NCBI RefSeq assembly: GCF_036365525.1
Contig: NC_090397.1
Location: forward strand, 16,319,657 to 16,383,656
Reading direction: 5' to 3'
Length of the DNA stretch: 64,000 nucleotides
Source of the DNA: Heterodontus francisci
Lineage: Eukaryota
Shown: piece after piece, positions 36,501-51,500 of the stretch
Layout of the letters: each line of letters opens with the position of its first letter
How positions within the stretch are numbered: position 1 is the first letter of the stretch
Made by a program: the position numbers and the translations under genes
Notes under the pieces: model-generated
Told to the model about the DNA's origin: nothing
Databases searched by the model: none
The model's input: only the letters and a program-made list of their open reading frames with translations

Positions 36501-39500
36501 AGCTCACAGTGAAACAGCTGCACCAGGAAACAACAGAGCTGACAGTGAAACAGCAGCACTGGAAAACAATCAAGCTCACTGTGAAACAGCAGCACTGGAA
36601 AACAATCGAGCTCACAGTGAAACAGCAGCACTGGAAAACAATCGAGCTCACAGTGAAACAGCAGCACTTGAAGACAACAGAGCTCACAGTGAAACAGCAG
36701 AACCAGGAATCAATAGAGCTCACAGTGAAACAGCAGCATTGGAAGACAATAGAGCTCACAGTGAAACAGCAGAACCAGGAATCAATAGAGCTCACAGTGA
36801 AACAGCAGCACTGGAAGACAATAGAGCTCAAAGTGAAACAGCAGCACAAGGAAACAATGCAGCTCACAGTGAAACAGCAGCACTGGAATACAATAGAGCT
36901 CACCGTGAAACAGCAGCACTGGAATACAATAGAGCTCACCGTGAAACAGCAGCACCAGGAAATAATAGAACTCACAGTGAAACAGCATCACTGGAGGATA
37001 ATAGAGCTCACAGTGAAAAAGCAGCACTGGAGGACAATAGAGCTCACCGTGAAACAGCACCACCAGGAAACTGTAGAGCTCACCGGGAAACAGCAGCACC
37101 AGGAAACAACAGAGCTCAAAGTGAAGAGCAGCACTGGAAGACAACAGAGCTCAGAGTGAAACAGCAGCACTGGAAAGCAATCGAGCTCACAGTGAAACAG
37201 CGGCAGCAGAAAACAATAGAGATCACAGTGAAACAGCAGCAGTGGAAAACTATAGAGCTCACAGTGAAACAGCAGCAGCAGGAAACAATGGAGCTCACAG
37301 TGAAACAGCAGCAGCAGGAAACAATGGAGCTCACAGTGAAACAGCGGCACTGGAAAACAATAGAGATCTCAGTGAAACAGCAGCAGTGGAAAGCAAGAGA
37401 CCTCTCAGTGAAACAGCAGCAGCAGGAAACAATGGAGCTCACAGTGAAACAGCAGCAGCAGGAAACAATGGAGCTCACAGTGAAACAGCAGCAGCAGGAA
37501 ACAATGGAGCTCACAGTGAAACAGCAGCAGCAGGAAACAATACAGCTCACAGTGAAACAGCAGCACCTGAAAACAATAGAGCTCACAGTGAAACAGCAGC
37601 ACTGAAAAAGAATAGAGCACACAATGAAACAGCAGCAGCGGCAAACAGTCGAGCTCACAGTGAAACAGCAGCACCGGGAAACAATACAGCTCACAGTGAA
37701 ACAGCAGCACTGGAAAGCAATCGAGCTCACAGTGAAACAGCAGCAACAGGAAACAATTGAGCTCACAGTGAAACAGCAGCAGTGGAAAACTATAGAGCTC
37801 AAAGTGAAACAGCAGCAGCGGAAAACAATAGAGATCACAGTGAAACAGCAGCAGTGGAAAACAAGAGACCTCTCAGTGAAACAGCAGCAGCCGGAAACAA
37901 TAGAGCTCACAGTGAAACAGCAGCAGCGGAATACAATAGAGCTCACAGTGAAACAGCAGCAGCGGAAAACAATAGAGATCACAGTGCAACACCAGCAGTG
38001 GAACACAATAGACCTCTCAGTGAAACAGCAGCACCAGAACACAATACAGCTCACAGTGAAACAGCAGCACTGGACAACAATAGAGCTCTCAGTGAAACAG
38101 CGGCACCAGAAAACAATAGAGCTCACAGTGAAACAGCAGCACTGGAAAACAGTGGAGCTCACAGTGAAACAGCAGCACCAGGAAACAATACAGCTCATAT
38201 TGAAACAGCAGCACTGGAAACTAATACAGCTCAAAGTGAAACAGTTGCACCAGGAAACAATAGAGCTCACAGTGAAACAGCAGCACAAGGAAACAATGCA
38301 GCTCACAGTGAAACAGCAGCACTGGAAAACAATCGAGCTCAAAGTGAAACAGCTGCACCAAGAAACAATAGAGCTCACAGTTTAACAGCAGCACTGGAAA
38401 ACAATAGAGTACACAGTGAAACAGCAGCACTGGAAAACAATAGAGCTGACAGTGAAACAGCAGCACAAGGAAACAACAGAGATCACAGTGAAAGAGCAGC
38501 AACAGGAAACAATCGAGCTCACAGTGAAACAGCAGCAGTGGAAAACAACAGAGCTCAAAGTGAAACAGCAGCACCGAAAAACAATAGAGCTCACAGTGAA
38601 ACAGCAGCACATTTAAAACAGTCAAGCTCACAGTGAAACAGCAGCAGTGGAAAACAGTAGAGCTCACTGTGAAACAGCAGCACTGGAAAACATCGAGCTC
38701 ACAGTGAAACAACAGCACGGGAAAACAATAGAGCTCACAGTGAAACAGCAGCACCAGGAAACAATCGAGCTCACAGTGAAACAGCAGCACTTGAAGACAA
38801 TAGAGCTCACAGTGAAACAGCAGAACCAGGAATCAATAGAGCTCACAGTGGAACAGCAGCACTGGAAGACAATAGAGCTCACAGTGAAACAGCAGAACCA
38901 GGAATCAATAGAGCTCACAGTGAAACAGCAGCACTGGAAGACAATAGAGCTCATAGTGAAACAGCAGCACTGGAAAACAATAGAGCTCACAGTGAAACAG
39001 CAGCACTGGAATACAATAGAGCTCACCATGAAACAGCAGCACCAGGAAATAATAGAACTCACAGTGAAACAGCATCACTGGAGGATAATCGAGCTCACAG
39101 TGAAACAGCAGCAGTGGAAAACAATAGAGCTCAAAGTGAAACAGCAGCACCGGAAAACAATAGAGCTCACAGTGAAACAGCAGCACATTTAAAACAGTCA
39201 AGCTCACAGTGAAACAGCAGCAGTGGAAAACAGTGGAGCTCACTGTGAAACAGCAGCACTGGAAAACATCGAGCTCACAGTGAAACAGCAGCACTGGAAT
39301 ACAATAGAGCTCACCGTGAAACAGCAGCACCAGGAAATAATAGAACTCACAGTGAAACAGCAGCACAGGAGGATAATAGAGCTCACAGTGAAAAAGCAGC
39401 ACTGGAAGACAATAGAGCTCACCGTGAAACAGCAGCACCAGGAAACTGTAGAGCTCACCGGGAAACAGCAACACCAGGAAACAACAGAGCTCACAGTGAA

Positions 39501-42500
39501 GACCAGCACTGGAAGACAACAGAGCTCACAGTGAAACAGCAGCACTGGAAAGCAATCGAGCTCACAGTGAAACAGCAGCAACAGGAAACAATTGAGCTCA
39601 CATGTGAAACAGCAGCAGTGGAAAACTATAGAGATCACAGTGAAACAGCAGCAGTGGAAAACAAGAGACCTCTCAGTGAAACAGCAGCAGCAGGAAACAA
39701 TAGAGCTCACAGTGAAACAGCAGCAGCGGAATACAATAGAGCTCACAGTGAAACAGCAGCAGCGGAAAACAATAGAGATCACAGTGCAACACCAGCAGTG
39801 GAACACAATAGACCTCTCAGTGAAACAGCAGCACCAGAAAACAATACAGCTCACAATGAAACAGCAGCACTGGACAACAATAGAGCTCTCAGTGAAACAG
39901 CGGCACCAGAAAACAATAGAGCTCACAGTGAAACAGTTGCACCAGGAAACAATAGAGCTCACAGTGAAACAGCAGCACAAGGAAACAATGCAGCTCACAG
40001 TGAAACAGCAGCACTGGAAAACAATCGAGCTCAAAGTGAAACAGCTGCACCAAGAAACAATAGAGCTCACAGTTTAACAGCAGCACTGGAAAACAATAGA
40101 GTACACAGTGAAACAGCAGCACTGGAAAACAATAGAGCTGACAGTGAAACAGCAGCACAAGGAAACAACAGACCTCACAGTGAAAGAGCAGCAACAGGAA
40201 ACAATCGAGCTCACAGTGAAACAGCAGCAGTGGAAAACAATAGAGCTGACAGTGAAACAGCAGCACAAGGAAACAACAGAGCTAACAGTGAAAGAGCAGC
40301 AACAGGAAACAATCGAGCTCAAAGTGAAACAGCAGCAGTGGAAAACAGTAGAGCTCACAGTGAAACAGCAGCACTGGAAAACAATAGAGCTCACAGTGAA
40401 ACAGCAGCACAAGGAAACAACAGAGCTCACAGTGAAAGAGCAGCAACAGGAAACAATCGAGCTCAAAGTGAAACAGCAGCAGTGGAAAACAGTAGAGCTC
40501 ACAGTGAAACAGCAGCACTGGAAATCAGTAGAGCTCACAGTGAAACAGCAGCACAAGGAAACAACAGAGCTCACAGTGAAAGAGCAGCAACAGGAAACAA
40601 CAGAGCTCACAGTGAAACAGCAGCACTGGAAAACAATCAAGCTCACAGTGAAACAGCAGCACTGGAAAACATCGAGCTCACAGTGAAACAGCAGCAGTGG
40701 AAAACAGTAGAGCTCACAGTGAAACAGCAGCACTGGAAAACAATAGAGCTCACAGTGAAACAGCTGCACCAGGAAACAACAGAGCTCACAGTGAAACAGC
40801 AGCACTGGAAAACAATCAAGCTCACTGTGAAACAGCAGCACTGGAAAACATCGAGCTCATAGTGAAACAGCAGCAGTGGAAAACAATAGAGCTCACAGTG
40901 AAACAGCAGCACTGGAAAACAATAGAGCTCACAGTGAAACAGCTGCATCAGGAAACAACAGAGCTGACAGTGAAACAGCAGCACTGGAAAACAATCAAGC
41001 TCACTGTGAAACAGCAGCACTGGAAAACAATCGAGCTCACAGTGAAACAGCAGCACTGGAAAACAATCGAGCTCACAGTGAAACAGCAGCACTTGAAGAC
41101 AACAGAGCTCACAGTGAAACAGCAGAACCAGGAATCAATAGAGCTCACAGTGAAACAGCAGCACTGGAAGACAATAGAGCTCACAGTGAAACAGCAGAAC
41201 CAGGAATCAATAGAGCTCACAGTGAAACAGCAGCACTGGAAGACAATAGAGCTCAAAGTGAAACAGCAGCACAAGGAAACAATGCAGCTCACAGTGAAAC
41301 AGCAGCGCTGGAATACAATAGAGCTCACCGTGAAACAGCAGCACTGGAATACAATAGAGCTCACCGTGAAACAGTAGCACCAGGAAATAATAGAACTCAC
41401 AGTGAAACAGCATCACTGGAGGATAATAGAGCTCACAGTGAAAAAGCAGCACTGGAAGACAATAGAGCTCACCGTGAAACAGCACCACTAGGAAACTGTA
41501 GAGCTCACCGGGAAACAGCAGCACCAGGAAACAACAGAGCTCACAGTGAAGAGCAGCACTGGAAGACAACAGAGCTCAGAGTGAAACAGCAGCACTGGAA
41601 AGCAATCGAGCTCACAGTGAAACAGTGGCAGCAGAAAACAATAGAGATCACAGTGAAACAGCAGCAGTGGAAAACTATAGAGCTCACAGTGAAACAGCAG
41701 CAGCAGGAAACAATGGAGCTCACAGTGAAACAGCAGCAGCAGGAAACAATGGAGCTCACAGTGAAACAGCGGCACTGGAAAACAATAGAGATCACAGTGA
41801 AACAGCAGCAGTGGAAAGCAAGAGACCTCTCAGTGAAACAGCAGCAGCAGGAAACAATGGAGCTCACAGTGAAACAGCAGCAGCAGGAAACAATGGAGCT
41901 CACAGTGAAACAGCAGCAGCAGGAAACAATGGAGCTCACAGTGAAACAGCAGCAGCAGGAAACAATACAGCTCACAGTGAAACAGCAGCACCTGAAAACA
42001 ATAGAGCTCACAGTGAAACAGCAGCACTGAAAAAGAATAGAGCACACAGTGAAACAGCAGCAGCGGCAAACAGTCGAGCTCACAGTGAAACAGCAGCACC
42101 GGGAAACAATACAGCTCACAGTGAAACAGCAGCACTGGAAAGCAATCGAGCTCACAGTGAAACAGCAGCAACAGGAAACAATTGAGCTCACAGTGAAACA
42201 GCAGCAGTGGAAAACTATAGAGCTCAAAGTGAAACAGCAGCAGCGGAAAACAATAGAGATCACAGTGAAACAGCAGCAGTGGAAAACAAGAGACCTCTCA
42301 GTGAAACAGCAGCAGCAGGAAACAATAGAGCTCACAGTGAAACAGCAGCAGCGGAATACAATAGAGCTCACAGTGAAACAGCAGCAGCGGTAAACAATAG
42401 AGATCACAGTGCAACACCAGCAGTGGAACACAATAGACCTCTCAGTGAAACAGCAGCACCAGAAAACAATACAGCTCATATTGAAACAGCAGCACTGGAA

Positions 42501-45500
42501 ACTAATACAGCTCAAAGTGAAACAGTTGCACCAGGAAACAATAGAGCTCACAGTGAAACAGCAGCACAAGGAAACAATGCAGCTCACAGTGAAACAGCAG
42601 CACTGGAAAACAATCGAGCTCAAAGTGAAACAGATGCACCAAGAAACAATAGAGCTCACAGTTTAACAGCAGCACTGGAAAACAATAGAGTACACAGTGA
42701 AACAGCAGCACTGGAAAACAATAGAGCTGACAGTGAAACAGCAGCACAAGGAAACAACAGAGATCACAGTGAAAGAGCAGCAACAGGAAACAATCGAGCT
42801 CACAGTGAAACAGCAGCAGTGGAAAACAATAGAGCTCAAAGTGAAACAGCAGCACCGAAAAACAATAGAGCTCACAGTGAAACAGCAGCACATTTAAAAC
42901 AGTCAAGCTCACAGTGAAACAGCAGCAGTGGAAAACAGTAGAGCTCACTGTGAAACAGCAGCACTGGAAAACATCGAGCTCACAGTGAAACAGCAGCACG
43001 GGAAAACAATAGAGCTCACAGTGAAACAGCAGCACCAGGAAACAATCGAGCTCACAGTGAAACAGCAGCACTTGAAGACAATAGAGCTCACAGTGAAACA
43101 GCAGAACCAGGAATCAATAGAGCTCACAGTGAAACAACAGCACTGGAAGACAATAGAGCTCACAGTGAAACAGCAGAACCAGGAATCAATAGAGCTCACA
43201 GTGAAACAGCAGCACTGGAAGACAATAGAGCTCATAGTGAAACAGCAGCACTGGAAAACAATAGAGCTCACAGTGAAACAGCAGCACTGGAATACAATAG
43301 AGCTCACCATGAAACAGCAGCACCAGGAAATAATAGAACTCACAGTGAAACAGCATCACTGGAGGATAATCGAGCTCACAGTAAAACAGCAGCAGTGGAA
43401 AACAATAGAGCTCAAAGTGAAACAGCAGCACCGGAAAACAATAGAGCTCACAGTGAAACAGCAGCACATTTAAAACAGTCAAGCTCACAGTGAAACAGCA
43501 GCAGTGGAAAACAGTGGAGCTCACTGTGAAACAGCAGGACTGGAAAACATCGAGCTCACAGTGAAACAGCAGCACGGGAAAACAATAGAGCTCACAGTGA
43601 AACAGCAGCACCAGGAAACAATCGAGCTCACAGTGAAACAGCAGCACTTGAAGACAATAGAGCTCACAGAGAAACAGCAGAACCAGGAATCAATAGAGCT
43701 CACAGTGAAACATCAGCACTGGAAGACAATAGAGCTCACAGTGAAACAGCAGCACAAGGAAACAACAGAGCTCACAGTGAAAGAGCAGCAACAGGAAACA
43801 ATCGAGCTCAAAGTGAAACAGCAGCAGTGGAAAACAGTAGAGCTCACAGTGAAACAGCAGCACTGGAAAACAGTAGAGCTCACAGTGAAACAGCAGCACT
43901 GGAAAACAATAGAGCTGACAGTGAAACAGCAGCACAAGGAAACAATAGAGCTCACAGTGAAAGAGCAGCAACAGGAAACAACAGAGCTCACAGTGAAACA
44001 GCAGCACTGGAAAACAATCAAGCTCACAGTGAAACAGCAGCACTGGAAAACATCGAGCTCACAGTGAAACAGCAGCAGTGGAAAACAGTAGAGCTCACAG
44101 TGAAACAGCAGCACTGGAAAACAATAGAGCTCACAGTGAAACAGCTGCACCAGGAAACAACAGAGCTCACAGTGAAACAGCAGCACTGGAAAACAATCAA
44201 GCTCACTGTGAAACAGCAGCACTGGAAAACATCGAGCTCATAGTGAAACAGCAGCAGTGGAAAACAATAGAGCTCACAGTGAAACAGCAGCACTGGAAAA
44301 CAATAGAGCTCACAGTGAAACAGCTGCATCAGGAAACAACAGAGCTGACAGTGAAACAGCAGCACTGGAAAACAATCAAGCTCACTGTGAAACAGCAGCA
44401 CTGGAAAACAATCGAGCTCACAGTGAAACAGCAGCACTGGAAAACAATCGAGCTCACAGTGAAACAGCAGCACTTGAAGACAACAGAGCTCACAGTGAAA
44501 CAGCAGAACCAGGAATCAATAGAGCTCACAGTGAAACAGCAGCACTGGAAGACAATAGAGCTCACAGTGAAACAGCAGAACCAGGAATCAATAGAGCTCA
44601 CAGTGAAACAGCAGCACTGGAAGACAATAGAGCTCAAAGTGAAACAGCAGCACAAGGAAACAATGCAGCTCACAGTGAAACAGCAGCGCTGGAATACAAT
44701 AGAGCTCACCGTGAAACAGCAGCACTGGAATACAATAGAGCTCACCGTGAAACAGTAGCACCAGGAAATAATAGAACTCACAGTGAAACAGCATCACTGG
44801 AGGGTAATAGAGCTCACAGTGAAAAAGCAGCACTGGAAGACAATAGAGCTCACCGTGAAACAGCACCACTAGGAAACCGTAGAGCTCACCGGGAAACAGC
44901 AGCACCAGGAAACAACAGAGCTCACAGTGAAGAGCAGCACTGGAAGACAACAGAGCTCAGAGTGAAACAGCAGCACTGGAAAGCAATCGAGCTCACAGTG
45001 AAACAGTGGCAGCAGAAAACAATAGAGATCACAGTGAAACAGCAGCAGTGGAAAACTATAGAGCTCACAGTGAAACAGCAGCAGCAGGAAACAATGGAGC
45101 TCACAGTGAAACAGCAGCAGCAGGAAACAATGGAGCTCACAGTGAAACAGCGGCACTGGAAAACAATAGAGATCACAGTGAAACAGCAGCAGTGGAAAGC
45201 AAGAGACCTCTCAGTGAAACAGCAGCAGCAGGAAACAATGGAGCTCACAGTGAAACAGCAGCAGCAGGAAACAATGGAGCTCACAGTGAAACAGCAGCAG
45301 CAGGAAACAATGGAGCTCACAGTGAAACAGCAGCAGCAGGAAACAATACAGCTCACAGTGAAACAGCAGCACCTGAAAACAATAGAGCTCACAGTGAAAC
45401 AGCAGCACTGAAAAAGAATAGAGCACACAGTGAAACAGCAGCAGCGGCAAACAGTCGAGCTCACAGTGAAACAGCAGCACCGGGAAACAATACAGCTCAC

Positions 45501-48500
45501 AGTGAAACAGCAGCACTGGAAAGCAATCGAGCTCACAGTGAAACAGCAGCAACAGGAAACAATTGAGCTCACAGTGAAACAGCAGCAGTGGAAAACTATA
45601 GAGCTCAAAGTGAAACAGCAGCAGCGGAAAACAATAGAGATCACAGTGAAACAGCAGCAGTGGAAAACAAGAGACCTCTCAGTGAAACAGCAGCAGCAGG
45701 AAACAATAGAGCTCACAGTGAAACAGCAGCAGCGGAATACAATAGAGCTCACAGTGAAACAGCAGCAGCGGTAAACAATAGAGATCACAGTGCAACACCA
45801 GCAGTGGAACACAATAGACCTCTCAGTGAAACAGCAGCACCAGAAAACAATACAGCTCACAGTGAAACAGCAGCACGGGAAAACAGTGGAGCTCACAGTG
45901 AAACAGCAGCACCAGGAAACAATACAGCTCATATTGAAACAGCAGCACTGGAAACTAATACAGCTCAAAGTGAAACAGTTGCACCAGGAAACAATAGAGC
46001 TCACAGTGAAACAGCAGCACAAGGAAACAATGCAGCTCACAGTGAAACAGCAGCACTGGAAAACAATCGAGCTCAAAGTGAAACAGATGCACCACGAAAC
46101 AATAGAGCTCACAGTTTAACAGCAGCACTGGAAAACAATAGAGTACACAGTGAAACAGCAGCACTGGAAAACAATAGAGCTGACAGTGAAACAGCAGCAC
46201 AAGGAAACAACAGAGATCACAGTGAAAGAGCAGCAACAGGAAACAATCGAGCTCACAGTGAAACAGCAGCAGTGGAAAACAATAGAGCTCAAAGTGAAAC
46301 AGCAGCACCGAAAAACAATAGAGCTCACAGTGAAACAGCAGCACATTTAAAACAGTCAAGCTCACAGTGAAACAGCAGCAGTGGAAAACAGTAGAGCTCA
46401 CTGTGAAACAGCAGCACTGGAAAACATCGAGCTCACAGTGAAACAGCAGCACGGGAAAACAATAGAGCTCACAGTGAAACAGCAGCACCAGGAAACAATC
46501 GAGCTCACAGTGAAACAGCAGCACTTGAAGACAATAGAGCTCACAGTGAAACAGCAGAACCAGGAATCAATAGAGCTCACAGTGAAACAGCAGCACTGGA
46601 AGACAATAGAGCTCACAGTGAAACAGCAGAACCAGGAATCAATAGAGCTCACAGTGAAACAGCAGCACTGGAAGACAATAGAGCTCATAGTGAAACAGCA
46701 GCACTGGAAAACAATAGAGCTCACAGTGAAACAGCAGCACTGGAATACAATAGAGCTCACCATGAAACAGCAGCACCAGGAAATAATAGAACTCACAGTG
46801 AAACAGCATCACTGGAGGATAATCGAGCTCACAGTAAAACAGCAGCAGTGGAAAACAATAGAGCTCAAAGTGAAACAGCAGCACCGGAAAACAATAGAGC
46901 TCACAGTGAAACAGCAGCACATTTAAAACAGTCAAGCTCACAGTGAAACAGCAGCAGTGGAAAACAGTGGAGCTCACTGTGAAACAGCAGCACTGGAAAA
47001 CATCGAGCTCACAGTGAAACAGCAGCACGGGAAAACAATAGAGCTCACAGTGAAACAGCAGCACCAGGAAACAATCGAGCTCACAGTGAAACAGCAGCAC
47101 TTGAAGACAATAGAGCTCACAGAGAAACAGCAGAACCAGGAATCAATAGAGCTCACAGTGAAACATCAGCACTGGAAGACAATAGAGCTCACAGTGAAAC
47201 AGCAGAACCAGGAATCAATAGAGCTCACAGTGAAACAGCAGCACTGGAAGACAATAGAGCTCATAGTGAAACAGCAGCACTGGAAAACAATAGAGCTCAC
47301 AGTGAAACAGCAGCACTGGAATACAATAGAGCTCACCATGAAACAGCAGCACCAGGAAATAATAGAACTCACAGTGAAACAACATCACTGGAGGATAATC
47401 GAGCTCACAGTAAAACAGCAGCAGTGGAAAACAATAGAGCTCAAAGTGAAACAGCAGCCCCGGAAAACAATAGAGCTCACAGTGAAACAGCAGCACATTT
47501 AAAACAGTCAAGCTCACAGTGAAACAGCAGCAGTGGAAAACAGTGGAGCTCACTGTGAAACAGCAGCACTGGAAAACATCGAGCTCACAGTGAAACAGCA
47601 GCACGGGAAAACAATAGAGCTCACAGTGAAACAGCAGCACCAGGAAACAATCGAGCTCACAGTGAAACAGCAGCACTTGAAGACAATAGAGCTCACAGTG
47701 AAACAGCAGAACCAGGAATCAATAGAGCTCACAGTGAAACATCAGCACAAGGAAACAATGCAGCTCACAGTGAAACAGCAGCACTGGAAAACAATCGAGC
47801 TCAAAGTGAAACAGATGCACCAAGAAACAATAGAGCTCACAGTTTAACAGCAGCACTGGAAAACAATAGAGTACACAGTGAAACAGCAGCACTGGAAAAC
47901 AATAGAGCTGACAGTGAAACAGCAGCACAAGGAAACAACAGAGATCACAGTGAAAGAGCAGCAACAGGAAACAATCGAGCTCACAGTGAAACAGCAGCAG
48001 TGGAAAACAATAGAGCTCAAAGTGAAACAGCAGCACCGAAAAACAATAGAGCTCACAGTGAAACAGCAGCAGTGGATAACAGTAGAGCTCACTGTGAAAC
48101 AGCAGCACTGGAAAACATCGAGCTCACAGTGAAACAGCAGCACGGGAAAACAATAGAGCTCACAGTGAAACAGCAGCACTTGAAGACAATAGAGCTCACA
48201 GTGAAACAGCAGAACCAGGAATCAATAGAGCTCACAGTGAAACAGCAGCACTGGAAGACAATAGAGCTCACAGTGAAACAGCAGAACCAGGAATCAATAG
48301 AGCTCACAGTGAAACAGCAGCACTGGAAGACAATAGAGCTCATAGTGAAACAGCAGCACTGGAAAACAATAGAGCACACAGTGAAACAGCAGCACTGGAA
48401 TACAATAGAGCTCACCGTGAAACAGCAGCAGCAGTAAATAATAGAACTCACAGTGAAACAGCAGCACAGGAGGATAATAGAGCTCACAGTGAAAAAGCAG

Positions 48501-51500
48501 CACTGGAAGACAATAGAGCTCACCGTGAAACAGCAGCACCAGGAAACTGTAGAGCTCACCGGGAAACAGCAACACCAGGAAACAACAGAGTTCACAGTGA
48601 AGACCAGCACTGGAAGACAACAGAGCTCACAGTGAAACAGCAGCACTGGAAAGCAATCGAGCTCACAGTGAAACAGCAGCAACAGGAAGCAATTGAGCTC
48701 ACATGTGAAACAGCAGCAGTGGAAAACTATAGATATCACAGTGAAACAGCAGCAGTGGAAAACAAGAGACCTCACAGTGAAACAGCAGCAGCAGGAAACA
48801 ATACAGCTCACAGTGAAACAGCAGCACCAGAAAACAATAGAGCTCACAGTGAAACAGCAGCAGCGGAATACAATAGAGCTCACAGTGAAACAGCAGCACG
48901 AGGGAACAATACAGCTCACAGTGAAACAGCAGCACTGGAAAACAATGGAGCTCACAGTGAAACAGCAACACCAGGAAACAATGGAGCTCACAGTGAAACA
49001 GCAGCACTGAAAAAGAATAGAGCACACAGTGAAACAGCAGCAGTGGAAAACAGTCGAGCTCACAGTGAAACAGCAGCACCGGGAAACAATACAGCTCACA
49101 GTGAAACAGCAGCACTGGAAAACAATAGAGCTCAAAGTGAAACAGCAGCATTAGGAAACAATCAAGCTCACAGTGAAACAGCAGCACTGGAAAACAATAG
49201 AGCTCACAGTGAAACAGCAGCAGCGGAAAACAATAGAGATCACAGTGCAACACCAGCAGTGGAAAACAATAGACCTCTCAGTGAAACAGCAGCACCAGAA
49301 AACAATACAGCTCACAGTGAATCAGCAGCACTGGACAACACTAGAGCTCTCAGTGAAACAGCGGCACCGGAAAACAATAGAGCTCGCAGTGAAACAGCAG
49401 CAACAGGAAACAATACAGCTCACAGTGAAACAGCAGCACTGGAAAACAGTGGAGCTCACAGTGAAGCAGCAGCACCGGAAAACAATAGAGCTCGCAGTGA
49501 AACAGCAGCACCAGGAAACAATAGAGCTCACAGTGAAACAGCAGCAGCGGATAACAGTCGAGCTCTCAGTGAAACAGCAGCACCAGGAAACAATAGAGCT
49601 CACAGTGAAACAGCAGCACCGGGAAACAATCGAGCTCACAATGTAAAAGCAGCACGAGGAAATAATCGAGCTCACAGTGAAACAGCAGCACTGGAAAACA
49701 ATAGAGCTCACAGTGAAACAGCAGCACTGGAAATCAATAGAGCACACAGTGAAACAGCAGCACTGGAAAACAATTGAGCTCACAGTGAAACAGCAGCACT
49801 GGAAAACAATAGAGCTTACAGTGAAACAGCAGCACCAGGAAACAATAGAGCTCACAGTGAAATAGCAGCACCAGAAAACAATAGAGCTCACAGTGAAACA
49901 GCAGCACCGGAATACAATAGAGCTCACAGTGAAACAGCAGCGCTGGAAAACAATAGAGCTCAAAGTGAAACAGCAGCACCAGGAAACAATAGAGTTCACA
50001 GTGAAACCGCAGCACCGGAATACAACAGAGCTCACAGTGAAACAGCAGCACTGGAAAACAATAGAGCTCAAAGTGAAACAGCTGCACCAGGAAACAATAG
50101 AGTTCACAGTGAAACCGCAGCACTGGAAATCAATAGAGCTCACAGTGAAACAGCAGCACTGGGAAACAATAGAGCTCACAGTGAAACAGCAGCACCAGGA
50201 AACAATCAAGCTCACAGTGAAACAGCAGCACCAGAAAACAATAGAGCTCACAGTGAAACAGCAGCACCAGGAAACAAAAGAGCTCACCGTCAAACAGCAG
50301 CACCAGAAAACAATAGAGCTCACAGTGAAACAGCAGCACCAGGAAACAATAGAGCTCACAGTGAAACAGCAGCACCAGAAAACAATAGAGCTCACAGTGA
50401 AACAGCAGCACCAGAAAACAATGGAACTCACAGTGAAACAGCAGCACCAGGAAACAATAGAGCTCACAGTGAAACAGCAGCACTGGGAAACATTAGAGCT
50501 CACAGCGAAACAGCAGCACCGGAAAACAATAGAGCTCACAGTGAAAAAGCAGCACCAGGAAACAATAGAGCTCACAGTGAAACAGCAGCACCAGGAAACA
50601 ATAGAGCTCACAGTGAAACAGCAGCACCAGGAAACAATAGAGATCACCGTGAAACAGCAACACGAGGAAACAATAGAGCTCACAGTGAAACAGCAGCACT
50701 GGAAAACAATATAGCTCACAGTGAAAAAGCAGCACCAGGAAACAATAGAGCTCACAGTGAAACAGCAGCACTAGGAAACAATACAGCTCACAGTGAAACA
50801 GCAGCACCAGGAAACAATAGAGCTCACAGTGAAACAGCAGCACTGGAAAACGATAGAGCTCACAGTGAAACAGCAGCACTGGAAAACAATATAGCTCACA
50901 GTGAAACAGCAGCCCTGGAAAACAATAGAGCTCACAGTGAAACAGCAGCCCTGGAAAACAATAGAGCTCACAGTGAAACAGCAGCACCGGAAAACAATAG
51001 AGCTCACAGTGAAACAGCCGCACCAGGAAACAACAGACCTCACAGTGAAACAGCAGCACTGGAAAACAATCAAGCTCACAGTGAAACAGCAGCACTGGAA
51101 AACATCGAGCTCACAGTGAAACAGCAGCAGTGGAAAACAGTAGAGCTCACAGTGAAACAGCAGCACTGGAAAACAATAGAGCTCACAGTGAAACAGCTGC
51201 ACCAGGAAACAACAGAGCTCACAGTGAAACAGCAGCACTGGAAAACAATCAAGCTCACTGTGAAACAGCAGCACTGGAAAACATCGAGCTCACAGTGAAA
51301 CAGCAGCAGTGGAAAACAATAGAGCTCACAGTGAAACAGCAGCACTGGAAAATAATAGAGCTCACAGTGAAACAGCTGCACCAGGAAACAACAGAGCTGA
51401 CAGTGAAACAGCAGCACTGGAAAACAATCAAGCTCACTGTGAAACAGCAGCACTGGAAAACAATCGAGCTCACAGTGAAACAGCAGCACTGGAAAACAAT